Positions 50,311 to 63,209 of a stretch of 64,000 bases of DNA are shown here, piece by piece; position 1 is the stretch's first letter, and the number at the start of each line of letters is the position of its first letter. The stretch lies in the NCBI GenBank assembly GCA_013265495.1, contig MU058540.1, positions 1,637,696 through 1,701,695 on the forward strand. Reading direction: 5' to 3'. The position numbers and the translations under genes were made by a program. This stretch comes from Vicugna vicugna (taxonomy: Eukaryota). The notes below the pieces were generated by a model that worked only from the letters and a program-made list of their open reading frames with translations, ran no database searches and was not told the DNA's origin.

Positions 50311-50384
50311 GTGGGAGGGTACAGCTCAGCGGTAGAGCGCCTGCTTAGCATGCACGAGATGCTGGGTTCATTCCCAGTACCTCC
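50311..50384 (+). mobile_element. tRNA-Ala(AGC)-derived SINE head (Vic-1-like), tailless
   Basis: A-box agctcagcggtaga, anticodon arm gcttagcatgc, B-box gggttcattccc. Confidence 0.85.
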
Positions 50385-51841
50385 GTACAGTAGTAATGCA
50401 AGCTCCTTATAAAACAAAAAACAAGCAATATAAAGATGAATGAAAACAAAAATCAAAATTCCTCTCCCCACACATCAATATGAATCAGAAGTAACCAACT
50501 ATAATCTATTCTGTTGTGTACCAGATTGTATTTACAGCTTTCCTCCTCATCCTATTTATCCTATCCATCTTCCAAGTTCCATAAATTGTTTTTTTTTTAA
50601 ATGTCTCTGGAATTCATCCCCTCCTACATTTTCTCTTACCTGAACTACTGCAACAGGCCATTAACTGGCCCCTCTTCCTTTAATCTTGTCCCTTCTTAAT
50701 CTGTTCTCCACCAATTCATTCAAAAATCAATTATTTTTCTAAGATACAATTCTTATCATGAGGTCATGCTCACTTAGAGTCCTCTAGGGCTTCCCGTCAC
50801 CAGCAGCATAAATGGTTTATATGGCCCTTCCTGATATTGCTCTGCCTCCTTTCCAATTGATTTTCTGCTTCAAATTACCTTGTGCTCAACCACACCAAGG
50901 TATTTGTTAAGCTCATATCATATTCTGCGACCACTCTGCTTCCAACATGTTTCCTCTGCCAGGAGCATTCTTTCCCACCTAAACCACCTCTAAGACTCAA
51001 GTCTTCAACAGGCAAATTCCTCCTCCGTAGATAAATCTTCTCTGATGCTTGGGCAGCTGAGAACTTTCATTAAACTCTATACACACAGCTATGAGTGAAC
51101 TTATCAGTCATTTTCTGTTATTCAACGGTCTCTCCTACAAACAAGTGCCTTGTTTACTTATAGCTGTAGCTGGATCTATCCCCAGGATTCAGCATTTTGT
51201 CCACCACATACTAAGGACTCAATGAATGCCTGATGAACGAATGCCCAAACGTGGGATTTCCCTTAGGAACCTACAACTGTAATTAACATCATCCTGAGCC
51301 CAAAGCAAAGCCAACTGCCAATAAAGAGTAACCTCAAACTCAATTTCAACATTTTTCCTGACATAAATTTTTTATTACCTTACTTGAAAACCCAGCTGTG
51401 AGTAGTACTATTTCCTCTGCTTCATTTCTCCCTCTCTCATTTCCTCTACTCATTTGTTCTCCTGTCGTATCTAAGCAGTGACAGAGATGCTAGAAGGTCT
51501 GGGTTTTGGTGAAAACCTGTTTCCTGAGAACCTATGCTTGGCATGGACATCTGCTAGCAAGGGCAAGTCAGAGCATGACGACGAGGACAGCAACTTGTGA
51601 CAACAAGCACTTTAGTAACAGAAGTTCACAAATCACAAGGAAACTGACTAATCACAAGCTGCCATCACATATCCATCTATTGGTAGGAAAGTAGAACTAT
51701 CTTAAAATGTAACATCTGATACTGAATATACCCACTTAACCGCCAGTAAACCAGCAGAGCTATACAAGTCATACTTACTGAATGGTTCTTATTTATTTAT
51801 TGCAATGTCAATATAACTAAGAATCAAAAATAAGGCTTGAT

Positions 51842-51979
51842 GAGGGGGTGGGTACAGCTCAGTGGTAGAGTGTGTGCTTAGCATGCATGACGTCCCGGGT
51901 TCAATCCCTAGGACCTCCATTAAAAAAATAAATAAAAACAAAACCTATTTCTGCTCCCCCCACCAAAAAAAATTTTTTT
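51842..51979 (+). mobile_element. tRNA-Ala-derived SINE (Vic-1-like, camelid), full copy with 14-bp TSD
   Basis: A and B boxes, A-rich tail, perfect TSD aaataaggcttgat at 51828-51841 and 51980-51993. Confidence 0.92.
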
Positions 51980-52234
51980 AAATAAGGCTTGATAGTCCCA
52001 TGCCAGAGCAAACTGTGGCCCTAATTCATTGCCTGGCCTCTGCTCATAGGCTGCAGACACTGAAGCAGGTTACACAGCAAGGCAGGGGGTAGAACATTAT
52101 TTATCAACAGGGTTCTGATCCTGATTCACAAATTAAGCTGATTTATGAGGTGAGGGAGAGTTAAAAACAATCAATCTTTTTATCTGTGCCTGTTTAATCT
52201 GTGATCACATAAAAGAGTTACCGATAGAAGCAAT

Positions 52235-52712
52235 GAAGGAGGCAATGGATAAAACGACCCCAAAGATCTGTGATCCCCGGTATTCACACCCTGATGTAAT
52301 CCTGTACCCTGGAGTGCGGTCTGGGTTTATGGATTCCTTTCCAGCAAACAAAATGTAGCAGAGGCCATGGATGTCACTTCTGAGATTAGGTAGCAAAAAG
52401 GCTGGTTTTTGTCCTGGGCACGGTCTCAGTATCTTATGCATTTACTCCCTTGCTTTCTCACCCTGAATAAGGGAAGCCAGCAGCCAGGTTGTTGGTTGCC
52501 CTGCGGGGAGGCCCAGATGACAAGGAACCGGGGGAGTGGGGGGCCTGGCTTAGGCCAACAGTCAACAGACCAACTGCACCTCATGAGAGACCTTGAGCCA
52601 GAGGCACACAAAAACCATGCCCATATCCCTGACCCACAGAAACTGTGAGATAATGAACAGTTTTAGCAGCTAAGTGTGGGGGTGGTTTGTTATGCAGCAA
52701 CAGATAGCTACT
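52235..52712 (+). mobile_element. MaLR (MLT1-like) solo LTR
   Basis: ggatgtcacttctgagattagg...cctgacccacagaaactgtgagataat...ggtggtttgttatgcagcaacagatagcta. Confidence 0.8.
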
Positions 52713-53035
52713 ATGGGCCAATTCCTCCACATGTGCCAGAGGAGATCTGAAATCTACCCTAAGTACTTTATTATTAATTGGGACCCCAAAGTGAACATCT
52801 TAACAATAAATAATTATCAAATATATCCCATTCTACTTGATTAAAAAAAAGATCCTCTGATACTAATAAGTATTAACTTATTACTCTTCTGTTTAAAGTG
52901 CTGAGAGCTTTTATGGCTTATATTCAAACACTGATTGCGTTATTAAATAAAAATGCCTCAAATCTGGTCAGAAGCCCTTAGTACTAAATACCTAAACCAG
53001 AATGAATAAAAGGGGAAAATCAGAAGAGCCTGTAC

Positions 53036-53132
53036 CTGCTTGGAGGCAAAACTTTTTCTTCCACGTGGAAATCATGATTCATCCCAATCTCACTGCTCAG
53101 CTTGGAAACATCATTAACTGTATCTATCACAC
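53036..53132 (-). CDS. TCP11: TCP11 coding exon 2 (exon 3): CVIDTVNDVSKLSSEIGMNHDFHVEEKVLPPSS. An alternative in-frame acceptor extends it to 53159
   Basis: AG|gtacag donor. Acceptors ctttgtcacag|GT (97 nt) and ggtttcag|GT (124 nt) both keep frame between the phase-1 and phase-2 neighbours. Confidence 0.88.
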
Positions 53133-54437
53133 CTGTGACAAAGAACGTATGGTGTATACCTGAAACCAGTATATGTCAATTACACCTCAACTGGAGGGAA
53201 AAAAACAACTTACAGTGGATAACAGGGAATCCGCACCAGTCTGAACTTCTATTTTATTCAGAGATTCATTCTACTGTGTAGGAGCCACATTTAGATTCAT
53301 CAGACTGATCTTACACAAACTCACTCAACCATCCCAGTCATTTTTGTTTTCTGAACTCTAGGCCCCATGATAGAACCTAGAGCAGCCCAGAATGGGGGTA
53401 AGGGAGGGCTAAGAAGATACTGCATTAAAGAAAAAAAAGTGAAACTGATCAAAAACTGTTAAGTAAAGCAGCAAAGAATAATTGATGATTTGAAAAAAAA
53501 TAAATGGTTATCCAAGAGTATTGTGATTCCAATCTCCTCTTCCTGCCTCTGATGAAAGTTATATTCTCTGTACAGATGATCCTGAACAGTGTCAATGTAA
53601 CTGGTCTTCTAAAGCAGTAGTTTCCAGAATTTAGGATTTCAGACTAGTAAAATTTCCAAAAAGATTTTGAGCAACTGACAACAACTTGCCAACTTTTTGT
53701 TATGCCAAGTATGGACAGTATGAAATAAGCAAATTTAAAAAATCCACTCTACCACAACCAAAATCATTTCATAAAAGAAAAGGTAGTTTAACTTCCAGAA
53801 AAGTAGAAAGGGAATATTGTCAGAATAAAGAGTAGTCCTTAAAACTGGATCAATGTAGCTTTAGGAAAAACTTACTGCAATACCTTTATTTTGTATCACT
53901 AAATATTGCTAAGAATTTTGTCACAAACCAGCACTAGCATTTGGGAGCCACTGATCTAGGTTCTTAGTACAGACCTAGCTGATAGCATTCTCACATAACA
54001 TGCACAGATGGGGGTTACAATGATTACTTGGCATATAAAAGGAAGCTGCACATAATAAATCATATTTTCTGTCTTTCAGTGAAGCTTCATAATTTGTTCA
54101 CAGCAAAGTATTTGGCTCCAAGATGTGGAGGGGATATAAATGAACTAAGATTGGCCATGAGTTGATAATTGTTGAAGCTGGGTGATGAGTAAATGGGGGT
54201 TCATTATACCAGTCTCTCTACTTTTGTATATGCTTAAGTTTTCCATAAGTAAAAAGATTTTAAAATGTAAAAAGGAGAAATAAAATTATTGCAGAAAAGA
54301 GATTTCATAGGAGAATGCCTCTATTCTTAGAAGATACATGAAGTATTCAGAGGTAAAGTTATGACTGTAAACTTTAAGAAATACGTACGTATAATAGAAG
54401 GAGAGGAAAAACAAAATAACAGAACATTAGCAATGCG

Positions 54438-54438
<1 letters not shown>

Positions 54439-54471
<33 letters not shown>
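54439..54471. repeat. Poly(T) tract within decayed L1 3' fragments (about 54110-54510)
   Basis: Homopolymer run of about 33 T. Confidence 0.85.
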
Positions 54472-54477
<6 letters not shown>

Positions 54478-55800
54478 CAACAGATTTGAAATATTTCAAA
54501 ATAAAAGTTAAGAGGAAAAGGCGACTAAAATTTACCAAAAAGCCAGAGTCTCTCCTTAGGTAAACATAAAAGTGAATTACATCTTAAGTGGACAGGAAGT
54601 TCCTTTTATTTTTGAAGCCTCTCTGAAGTCTTCAGTTTCAACCAAAATGGCAAAACACAGTCAAATACGTAAACAGATTTATTGCTAACTCACTAATGCA
54701 ACATCAGAACTAAGAGAAAATCTTCAAAGGGAGATTGAGCTGCTTGGAGCTGCTTACTGAAGGACTGAGGGAAATATTATACACAGAAACACTTTCCAAC
54801 TACAACAAATCAAAGCTCATGGCCTGCTTTGACAAGACTGTTCTGTTGCTCAAAAGTACCACAGCACTTTGCAATGCCTATAGCTATAAAATTCAGGAAT
54901 GAGGAAGGCTCAAAGGGAAATGAGAGGTAAAAAGTAACTAAAGTAGATTTTAAAAATCCAGATCCCAAGGACAAAGAAATTTTCAAGATAATTTGGTAAG
55001 TAACTTAACCAAGTCAACCTAGTATGTACCATTTCAAACTTTTTCTAGAAGAGGAATTTGGTTTTTCAGGTTACTGAGTTATGCTACCTATGGATTCATT
55101 TAAATAACCTCAAGAACTTAAATATCTTGGGATTTTTGTTTTGTTTTGTTTTACCTGATGTTTCACCCCACATCAGGTTCTATCTATTAAGTACTATCGG
55201 GATTCTAAAGCGCCCAACTTGCCGCTTTTCGTTAGCCAGCAGCGACCCCATGTGGCTACAAGAGAAAAAAATTTGATTCGGTTCTAGCAAGGTCTCCAAC
55301 TAATTTTGCCCATTTCAATCTTCGAGAATTTAACTCAGGTTGTTGTAGGTGGACAGGCCTTCAGACTGATGGCTGTTTAAATTATCTGGAGATCATTATA
55401 AGAGAAATGCAAGATGACTCCCAGTGAGATTCAGACCCAAAGTGTGGAAAACACAGTATGCCGCAATAGGATGGCCACCTGGGATCATTTTGGTTCTTTA
55501 AAATCTACCCCAGGTGTCTGCCATTTTCCACCTACAAATTCAAACGAATACAAAGACAGCTCTGAACTAACTCAGCCTCAAATCTTGTCAGATTCAAGTA
55601 ACTACCTTCACTTCTTTAACTGAAGATTTTCTGGTCAATAGGGGAAATGGGGCCTGAAAGTAGAAACTGGGGTGGGGGCAGACAAGGTGAAGGGCAAACA
55701 AACCAAAAGGGGGAGAGACAAGTGCGGGGCCGCGGGCTCCTTCCCACCTGACCCACACCAAGCACCCCCGAGGGCCGGGGGCCCGCGGGGCTTGACCTAC

Positions 55801-55924
55801 AGGAAGGGTGGTCCTCGGGGCTGCTCTTGTCTTCCTGCGTCGGTCCTGAGGTTTCAGGCTTACATGGCCGGCTCTCTGTAACGCGAGGATCCTTAAGGGG
55901 CACATCTTCCTCCACGCCTGGCAT
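55801..55924 (-). CDS. TCP11: TCP11 first coding exon (MPGVEEDVPLKDPRVTESRPCKPETSGPTQEDKSSPEDHPS); the exon begins at 55938
   Basis: aacccag|ATTTCATCAGCAAAATG with A at -3, T|gtaggt donor, 124 coding nt; CKPETSGP.QEDKS matches the TCP11 N-terminus. Confidence 0.93.
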
Positions 55925-56212
55925 TTTGCTGATGAAATCTGGGTTGGGGAGAGATGGGGCGTTGTGGGCGGCGAGGAAGGAGGTTCTCCAACGACCAAGG
56001 GGGTCTGGGGCCCGGCCGGCAGCGCCCGACCTGGTCAAGCCAAGAGAAGGGTGGGCAGCTTTAAGGTCTCTCGGGACGGTCAGGGGCAGAGGAGCCTGGG
56101 GGAGCGGGGATGGGGAAGCGCGGGGAAGCGCAACCAGGAAACTGAGGCCAGAAGGGTTGTCCCCGTGCCAGAAACTTCCGCCCCAAGCCAGCAGGGCCCC
56201 GGAGCCTCTCAC

Positions 56213-56340
56213 CTCCTCAGGGGCGGCCCTCAGCCACTCTGGAGTCTGCTGGGCGGCCTCGCACCTGGAGGCTCGGGCTGTACCACCGCGGCGGGGCGGC
56301 AGGGGGCGGCGGCCTAGCGGGGCCAGGGCGGCAGCGCGGA
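56213..56340 (-). other. TCP11: Probable non-coding TCP11 exon 1 (donor GAG|gtgaga at 56213; alternative CAG|gtgcga at 56265; TSS approximate)
   Basis: Consensus donor inside the CpG island upstream of the ATG exon acceptor. Confidence 0.6.
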
Positions 56341-57486
56341 GGAGAGGGGCGGACTCCACGCGCACCCCCGCCCGTTGCGCCAAGATAGTAGACTCCGGGA
56401 TTTGAACACAAACCACCGCTCATCTCCCGGGCAACAGGATTGGGCCCACCTGGGGCAGAAGCGGAGGGCTCGTGCCTCGGTCCTCGAGGGCTCGAAGTTT
56501 TCCAGACCTCTGGTTACCTGGTCCCTGGGGCCCCTCTCTGCCCGACATCTTACACCCTCCACGAAAAGGATCACCTGGATCTACTTAGGAAGAGATGAAA
56601 CGCTGTGTTTTCTTTATTTTCAGCCTGTTCATGATGCCCAAGAAACAACCACACCAAGGCGGGTGGTTTCCTAAGCACATTGTGAGAGGAGAGCCCTTCT
56701 CCCATTCTACAGGTGTGGATACTGAGAACTCATGCCAGGTGCTGGTCAGAGCAGGCATGGGGGCTGGGAGGCAGTGTGGGATCGTCCCACTGAATTCCTG
56801 GCCTGAGGCTCGTCTGTGACTTGGGAGCTGATCCCTGAGCTCCAGACCCTAGGTCCGGTGGCTTTTCTTAGTTCCTGGTCTGCTCTGTTGCCCCTGGAGT
56901 GATATGAGGAACTGGAGTGACACCCCCTCCTCCCCTCATATCCCTGCACTTTGGGAGAAAAAATGAAAAGGAAGTTTCCACTCCACATTCTCCCATCCTT
57001 CTTTATTACTCTGACTTGATTTCTTACCACAAAAGCTTACTTAAAAAATTTTTAAAAATGAAATAAAAGATGAAAAAATACTGCCTGTGAGAAACCAAGT
57101 TCTCATTATAACCTTTCCCTTGTTAGTGTGGAATGTGGATTTTTCTTGCACAACTCCTGCATTTTGAAGGGGAAAATTATGAAGTCCAAAAACATTTCTG
57201 CTTACGAAAAGCCACTTCACCCTGAGGCCCAGGCAGATATGAGGGGAATGGCCTAGCAGAGTTACTGTTTAGCCAGAGAGTATCTTAAACCAATAACATA
57301 CTAAACCTGACCCTTCCTCCTCATCACCCTTTCCTGGTATTTCCCTCAGGGACATCAACCGTGAAGCGGGCTGGCCTACACCCCAAAGCCTGGAGATGTG
57401 GGAGGAGGTTGTATGACTTCAGCAAAGCATTCAATGAAAATATGATTCTTCATTATTATATCGGGTGATATTTAGGTTGGCTTGTT

Positions 57487-57579
57487 TTTTGTTTTTTGTT
57501 TTTTGTTTACATTTTTATTGATTCATAATCATTTTACAGTGTTGTGTCAAATTCCAGTGTTCAGTACAATTTTTCAGTC
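57487..57579 (-). mobile_element. Extremely 5'-truncated young L1 tail with perfect 14-bp TSD
   Basis: TSD taggttggcttgtt at 57473-57486 and 57580-57593; the insert's reverse complement resembles the L1 3' end at 32440-32520. Confidence 0.88.
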
Positions 57580-59869
57580 TAGGTTGGCTTGTTGATTTCT
57601 CTTAAAAAAAAAAACTTTCCAGAATTCTTTTTGGGCATTTTTATTTCTGAGAGAGTTTCCAGAATGACATCGGTTTATTTTCCCACCAAAATGGCATTGC
57701 CATGAAACTCTCCCTGCTAACGCATGAAATTACTCCAGCAGTTCATTCTTCTGTATTACACAGCCTCTTTAAGTGTTGTCTTCTAACCTGAATTCTCTGG
57801 AAGGGGCAGTAGGAAGAAATAGTGGTGTGGGAGAACATGGAGGGAAAGAGGAGACTGAGACCAGAAGGGGAGGGAAGGATGGGGGTGGGAGAGAAAGACA
57901 GAATTAGAGTTTTCTCAGGGTCAGCCTGGGGACAGCATTTCATGATCTTATCTTTAATAGTTATTAGAACCAACTAGGCAAAAGTTAGAGGTTGAGGAGA
58001 ATAGAAAGATGATGTGAGAGATAAACTCTCCTTCCCTTTGGGATCTTAGTTAATAATAACTGATTTTTGTTTAATGATCTACAGAATGCTTTTACATTGC
58101 AAATCCATATGCTTTGCACACAATCCTACCTGTTGAGTAGGCAAGGCAGGTGTTCTGTTGGACCATTTAATAGATCAGCAGACTGGGGATCAGAGAGATT
58201 TCACGGAGTTTCCAAGAGTCATGTGGCAAGCAGGTCTTGACTCGATCAGATGTACATTTTCTTAATTCATGCCACCTCCCTGACTCTGGTGGAGAAGCTG
58301 TATAAACAAGAAAATATAACTAACATATAATGGAGTACCCAGAATGGAGTACAAAAAAGGATTTTTTTGTACTGGAGGTTGGAGAAAGGGTGAGAGATCT
58401 TCCAAATGTTTGGATCCGTTCAAACCCAGCCATGAGGCAGAATCTTAAGCCAGATTGTGCAACTGATTTGGTCTTTGGAAATGGGTTCAGCCTGGCTCCC
58501 CATCAACCTTCAGGACCCCTTTATACTCTCCTAATGGGTGAAATTGGATTTTCCACATATATCCATTTTATTTAGCAGGAGTGCCCCTCCTGAGTAACTT
58601 AACACTTTTACCCTATTAAGTATACATATTTCAAAAGACCCAAAAGGCGAGTATTTCTCAAACAACCCAAGGACAGAAGTAGAAGTCCTGTTTCCTCTCA
58701 CATTTCAGTGTGCCCAAAGCGGTCCAGCCCAGAGCTCCCCTTTTAAACTAAGATGTCATATGTTTGCTTTAATACTGAAATCTGTTTGCTCTCCTCACAT
58801 CTTTGAGTAGAATTCTTGTTCCAGAAGGAAGAGCTTCCTATACTTGCTGGCATACCCCTCTGTATCCCTGTGCCCCACGGGTGCATATACCCGGTTGAGA
58901 GGCAGTCTAAGGGAATTTCAAGCCTGCAGCTAGAATTTTCCTAGTTCTCAACCACTTCCCCACACATGTGCACTTTAACCCAAGCCCAATAATATGATCT
59001 GTTCTCATTTGTTACATACTATCCTGGGTATGCTACCCCACAAGAACAAATTATACAGAAAGTCAATCCCCCACAAAGACATTCTGAAAGAGGGCTGGAT
59101 ACAGAGAAGGATGGAAAAGAACTCCTAGGTGGCTGTCTGTGAGAGGCACAGAACCACAGAAATTAAGAGGAATCCTGAATACAGATCTGCCAGCTAAAAC
59201 AAAACAAAATAACAAAAATGAAAAACAACTCATTTTACGAAGAACCATCTTAGGCTCAGGGAGGTTCAATGACTTGGCTAACGTCACCATCAGTTTACAG
59301 AAAATTCAGGACTAGAACTCATACCGCAGCCCATTCACTCCATAGTATATAGAGCTAAGCAAAAGTCAAAGCTAATACTGTAAATAAATATTTACATTTC
59401 CGAAAGAAAAATGTAAATGATAGGCCACAGAATGGAAAAAGTAAGAGATGAAGTTACATAGAAGCCAAGACTGCAAGTAGAGTAGAGTATACTGAAGATA
59501 AACAGTCAACTAAAGCGGTAGGGACGCGTAAACACAGGGTGGGACATTTAAATGGAACCATTTGGAGTCGTGTAAACTGGGATTGACTTCATTATAGCCT
59601 CCCTTACGGTACAGAACCGCACATCCCAACTATTTGCTTTAGTCTTTTGACAAATGTGTTTTCTTCACAGAAACCAGGAGGAGTGTGAGAAGAGTTGAGG
59701 TAACCTGGGGGCAGTCTGGACGAGGCCCTTTGAAGCTCAAAGTACAACGTAATGGGTGGGGAAACCATCCCTAATGTTTTCAGGAAAGGGGGCTCAAAGA
59801 AAAGACGAAGAAGACGCTGGCACAGCGTTGACTGCCTGCTTCTCCAGCCCTGCTCCTTTCTGCTGTGGG

Positions 59870-60190
59870 GTCTTTGCTGGTACTGTCCCTTCCATCTGGG
59901 ATGCTACTCCTTCCTCTAACCCCATCCACCTCACTGTCATTCTTCAGGTCAAGCTTACGAGGTGTAACTTCCTCAGAGAACCTTCCACAGCCTTCCGCCA
60001 GCTTCTCCCAACACCCTGTGCTTTTTCTTCAGAGCAGTCACTGCAGTTTGCAGTTATACGTTTGTTTGCATGATTAACCTTTACTGAATGTTTAACTCCA
60101 CTGAGAGACTCTGAGCTTTCTGAGAGCAGGAAATGTATGCACTTCATTCACATGGTAGGTGCCCCGTCAATCATTGTTGAAGGAACAAAC
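59870..60190. mobile_element. L2 fragment
   Basis: gtctttgctggtactgtcccttccatctgggatgct...cttcaggtcaagc...tgagctttctgagagcagga...atggtaggtgccccgtcaatcattgttgaaggaa pattern. Confidence 0.6.
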
Positions 60191-61654
60191 AGGCACAAAT
60201 CGGGGTGGGGGGGATGTTGAGCAGTGTTGAGGGGTCAGGCGGAGGGTCTCTCTGGGCCCAGTTTCGGGTACCAGTGTCTTTCCCTTTGTCTCATAGACAT
60301 GTTTCCTCTCTTTCTGTCTCTCCTCTGCCCTTAGCTTCCTGCAAGTCTTTTAAACCAGCAAAGACAACCTCTGAGAGAGCAGAGAGGACGTTTAGGGTCC
60401 TGTGGGGGTGGGGGGGTCCCCTTGACCCAGAAGGTGGCAGTAGGGGGCAGTGGCACCCTGGGAGTAGCAGAGGAAGGCTTCTGGTGAGAGAGAGGTAGGC
60501 TCTCTCTCTCTGTAGAGCAAGCCAGGGTCAGCAGCAGCCCAAAGCCACAAAAACTGACTTTAAAAGTCCTCCTAAGAGCTGCATCTTTCGATCCCCCAAA
60601 ACAATCGTGCCTTGTGCCCCAGGACACGGCGCGAGTTACACACTTAAAGCAGTTTCCACAGAACCGCATTCAGTTGGTTTTAAACTCTGGGGAAAGCTGG
60701 CAGCCTCTTTGTGGGTTTTTTTTAAAAACTAGTTAGAGGGACAATTAAACCTTTATGGGTCCCAGAATGTACCTATGCAGACATAAATAAGGATCATTCT
60801 TCATCACCGGAGAGAATCCGCTTTCTGGCAACAGATATATTTCTCTGCCATCACAGGACAGAGTTGAGCTCACGTCTGAGGGCCTTTTTGATTAGGGCAG
60901 GTGATGGGGGTCAGCCTGAGCAGGGTTAGAACTTCGACCCTAAGTTCTCAAAATGGACACATCATGGGCCTTGAGCTTAACTGGTCTTAAATAAATCACA
61001 AACTCCCAAAGCCTTATTAGAAAGACGCCAGGATTTTAAGCCAAGAACACTCATCTTGTTTCCTCCTTGTGTTAATTTGGGCCAAAATGGTCCATTTGTC
61101 AAAGAGTCCTAACTTCTTTATTCCCACTCTTACAACACAATACAATGCATTCACATATTTACAGTGCAATGTCCTTGAATGGTCGGGATGATTTTTTTTT
61201 TAATTTAATAATATTAAATGCACCAGGGGGCTCTCTTCTTAAAGGAACCTTTGAGTAAACTCTTTTGTTACATGAATCAGTCTTTTGTAAGGCAAATCAT
61301 CTGCCACCAATTTGTTCTCCAAATCTGAGATTTCACAGAAGAGATTTTCTTAAACCAGGCCCACTTTAGATGGTGGCCTGTGCATTTTCTTTTATTTTTC
61401 TGACTGGTAAAGACAAGGTTTTCCTGAATAGACATTATTGGGGAGAGGTGAAGGAATCTCAAACACTTGAGGCACAAATCAGTTTCAATCATTTCTGTCA
61501 TCCATAATTCTCTACAATCACCAGCCTAAAGCAAAGTATAATGATCTCCTGACAAAGACTCCAGCTGCACAGATTGGAGGGCCAGTCTATTTGAAGTCAG
61601 TTTCAAAAGAAATGCAGAGAACAGGGTTTGGTTTTGTTTTGTTTTTATAAGTTA

Positions 61655-61905
61655 TTGCAGTTTTTTTATTGTGGTAGAAGACAGAGTAATATTTATCATT
61701 TTAACTGTTTGTTGAGTGTACAATTCAATGGCTTCAAATAAATTAAATTCAGACTGTTGTGTAACCCTCACCATTATCTATACCCCAAACCTTTCATCAT
61801 CCCCCAGAAAAACTCCATGCTTATTAAACAGTAACTCCCCCTCCTCTCCTCCAACTCCCCCTCCCTCAGCTCATGGTAAGCTCTATTCTACTATCTGTCT
61901 CTATG
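61655..61905 (-). mobile_element. Old L1 3' end fragment, antisense
   Basis: ttttttattgtggta...atcattttaactgtt...gtgtacaattcaatggc...ctctattctactatctgtctctatgaa. Confidence 0.75.
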
Positions 61906-63209
61906 AACAGAGAACAGTTTTAAACTCCAGCTTTACTTTGGGACTTTTTTTCTTCCCATGGCATGGTGGGAGAACAGGGAAATCGTGGCCATCCCCTTTC
62001 ACCTTGTGGACTCTTCTCCGTGCTCCCTTCCCCCTCCCCTGTCCTCCACTGACATATCTAAGAGATGAAGCCGAAGCTCATTTGAACAGTTTAAACTTGC
62101 AGGGGGGCTGCAGCCCCCGGCAGGAACAAAAGGAGGTCACTGGGTCTGGGTCTCTGTTACCAGCTCAGGAATGGCAAGAATTTTCTGACTTCAGTAGTCT
62201 GAGGAAGTAGGAACATAAGGAGCGAGATGGCTGTTTTGGTGTCTGAATCCCGCGTGGAGCCTGCATGTGACCCACATTAGCGTCCCCACCCCCATCCCAG
62301 TCAGCAGCAGAGTTAGTACCTGAGACCTGTCCGGGCTCAGAGACATGGGAATGCAAGAAGAGACTGGAAGGCTCCCTTGGCAACCTTCACATTCCACGCT
62401 ACAGAAGTTCTCACATTGAAAGGCACTGGCTCAACCGCTCATCACCCCTGCACACTATATCTCTTGTACCCATTTGCAGCCTACAGAGGCACACTCAGAA
62501 TGTCTCACATCCTTCACTTTGGGTTTTACTTTGCTCACAATACTTGCATAATCTCAAAAGAGCTAGCCCCCCACCTCTGCCCTCCCCTCTTCCCCAGTGC
62601 ACAATTAAGGATAACAGGAGACTGGGCTTATGAAATCTGATTTTCAGTAGTTTCAGGAACTACTTAGAGCCCCCTAGCCTTGCCTCCCCAAGCCTGAGAC
62701 TGTGAGCCTGCCAGGGGCCCTTAGGACGACTAGGGAGAAGTGGTTCTATGGCTCAGAGAACAGTGAGCCATGGAGCAGTGAAAGGGGAGGCCTGAATTCC
62801 TTCTGCCGCCCAAGTGCTGGCGACCCTGGGCAAGTCACCTTACAGCTCTGGGCTCATTCTTCTTAAGCTGGGTGGAAGTGCCCCACAGCTATGAGAATTT
62901 GTGGGAAGTGGGAGAAAGCAAGGCTTTCTGATATCTGGAATTCTTGAAACGTGAAATAAAGCTCTTTGTTTCCCACAGGTGCTGATATTAATTGAAAGAA
63001 TGACTCCAGGGAGGTGGAGGAGGAAATTCGGGGAAAGCAGAGAGTGGATGGGTGCAATTTAGGTGTATTTTAAGAGTTTGAGAATGAAGTTTGGTTGAAT
63101 CTTTGTGAAAAAATATTCAGCATGCAGATGGAAACAGCAGCTGGAATGAAGGAGAAAGACTGAGACAAACTGACAAGAACGGTGTCAGGAGTCATGACTG
63201 ATAGATGAA

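Larger units (their letters stand above)
55700..56500 (-). promoter_or_regulatory. TCP11: CpG island and TCP11 promoter with GC boxes, CCAAT (56439-56443, minus) and an RFX X-box-like site (56422-56435)
   Basis: CpG-dense, GC-rich stretch over the 5' end of the gene; several ggggcgg; motifs read directly. Confidence 0.8.

Noticed and set aside
50311..51920. Two tRNA-Ala(AGC)-like sequences as tRNA genes
   Set aside because: Imperfect stems, and one copy has an A-rich tail and TSD; these are SINEs.
55616..56416. 266-aa minus-strand ORF in frame with the TCP11 ATG, suggesting an N-terminal extension
   Set aside because: It starts at a non-ATG codon and runs through intron 1 of a stop-poor CpG island. 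Splicing the 56213 donor to 55938 does not keep this frame.
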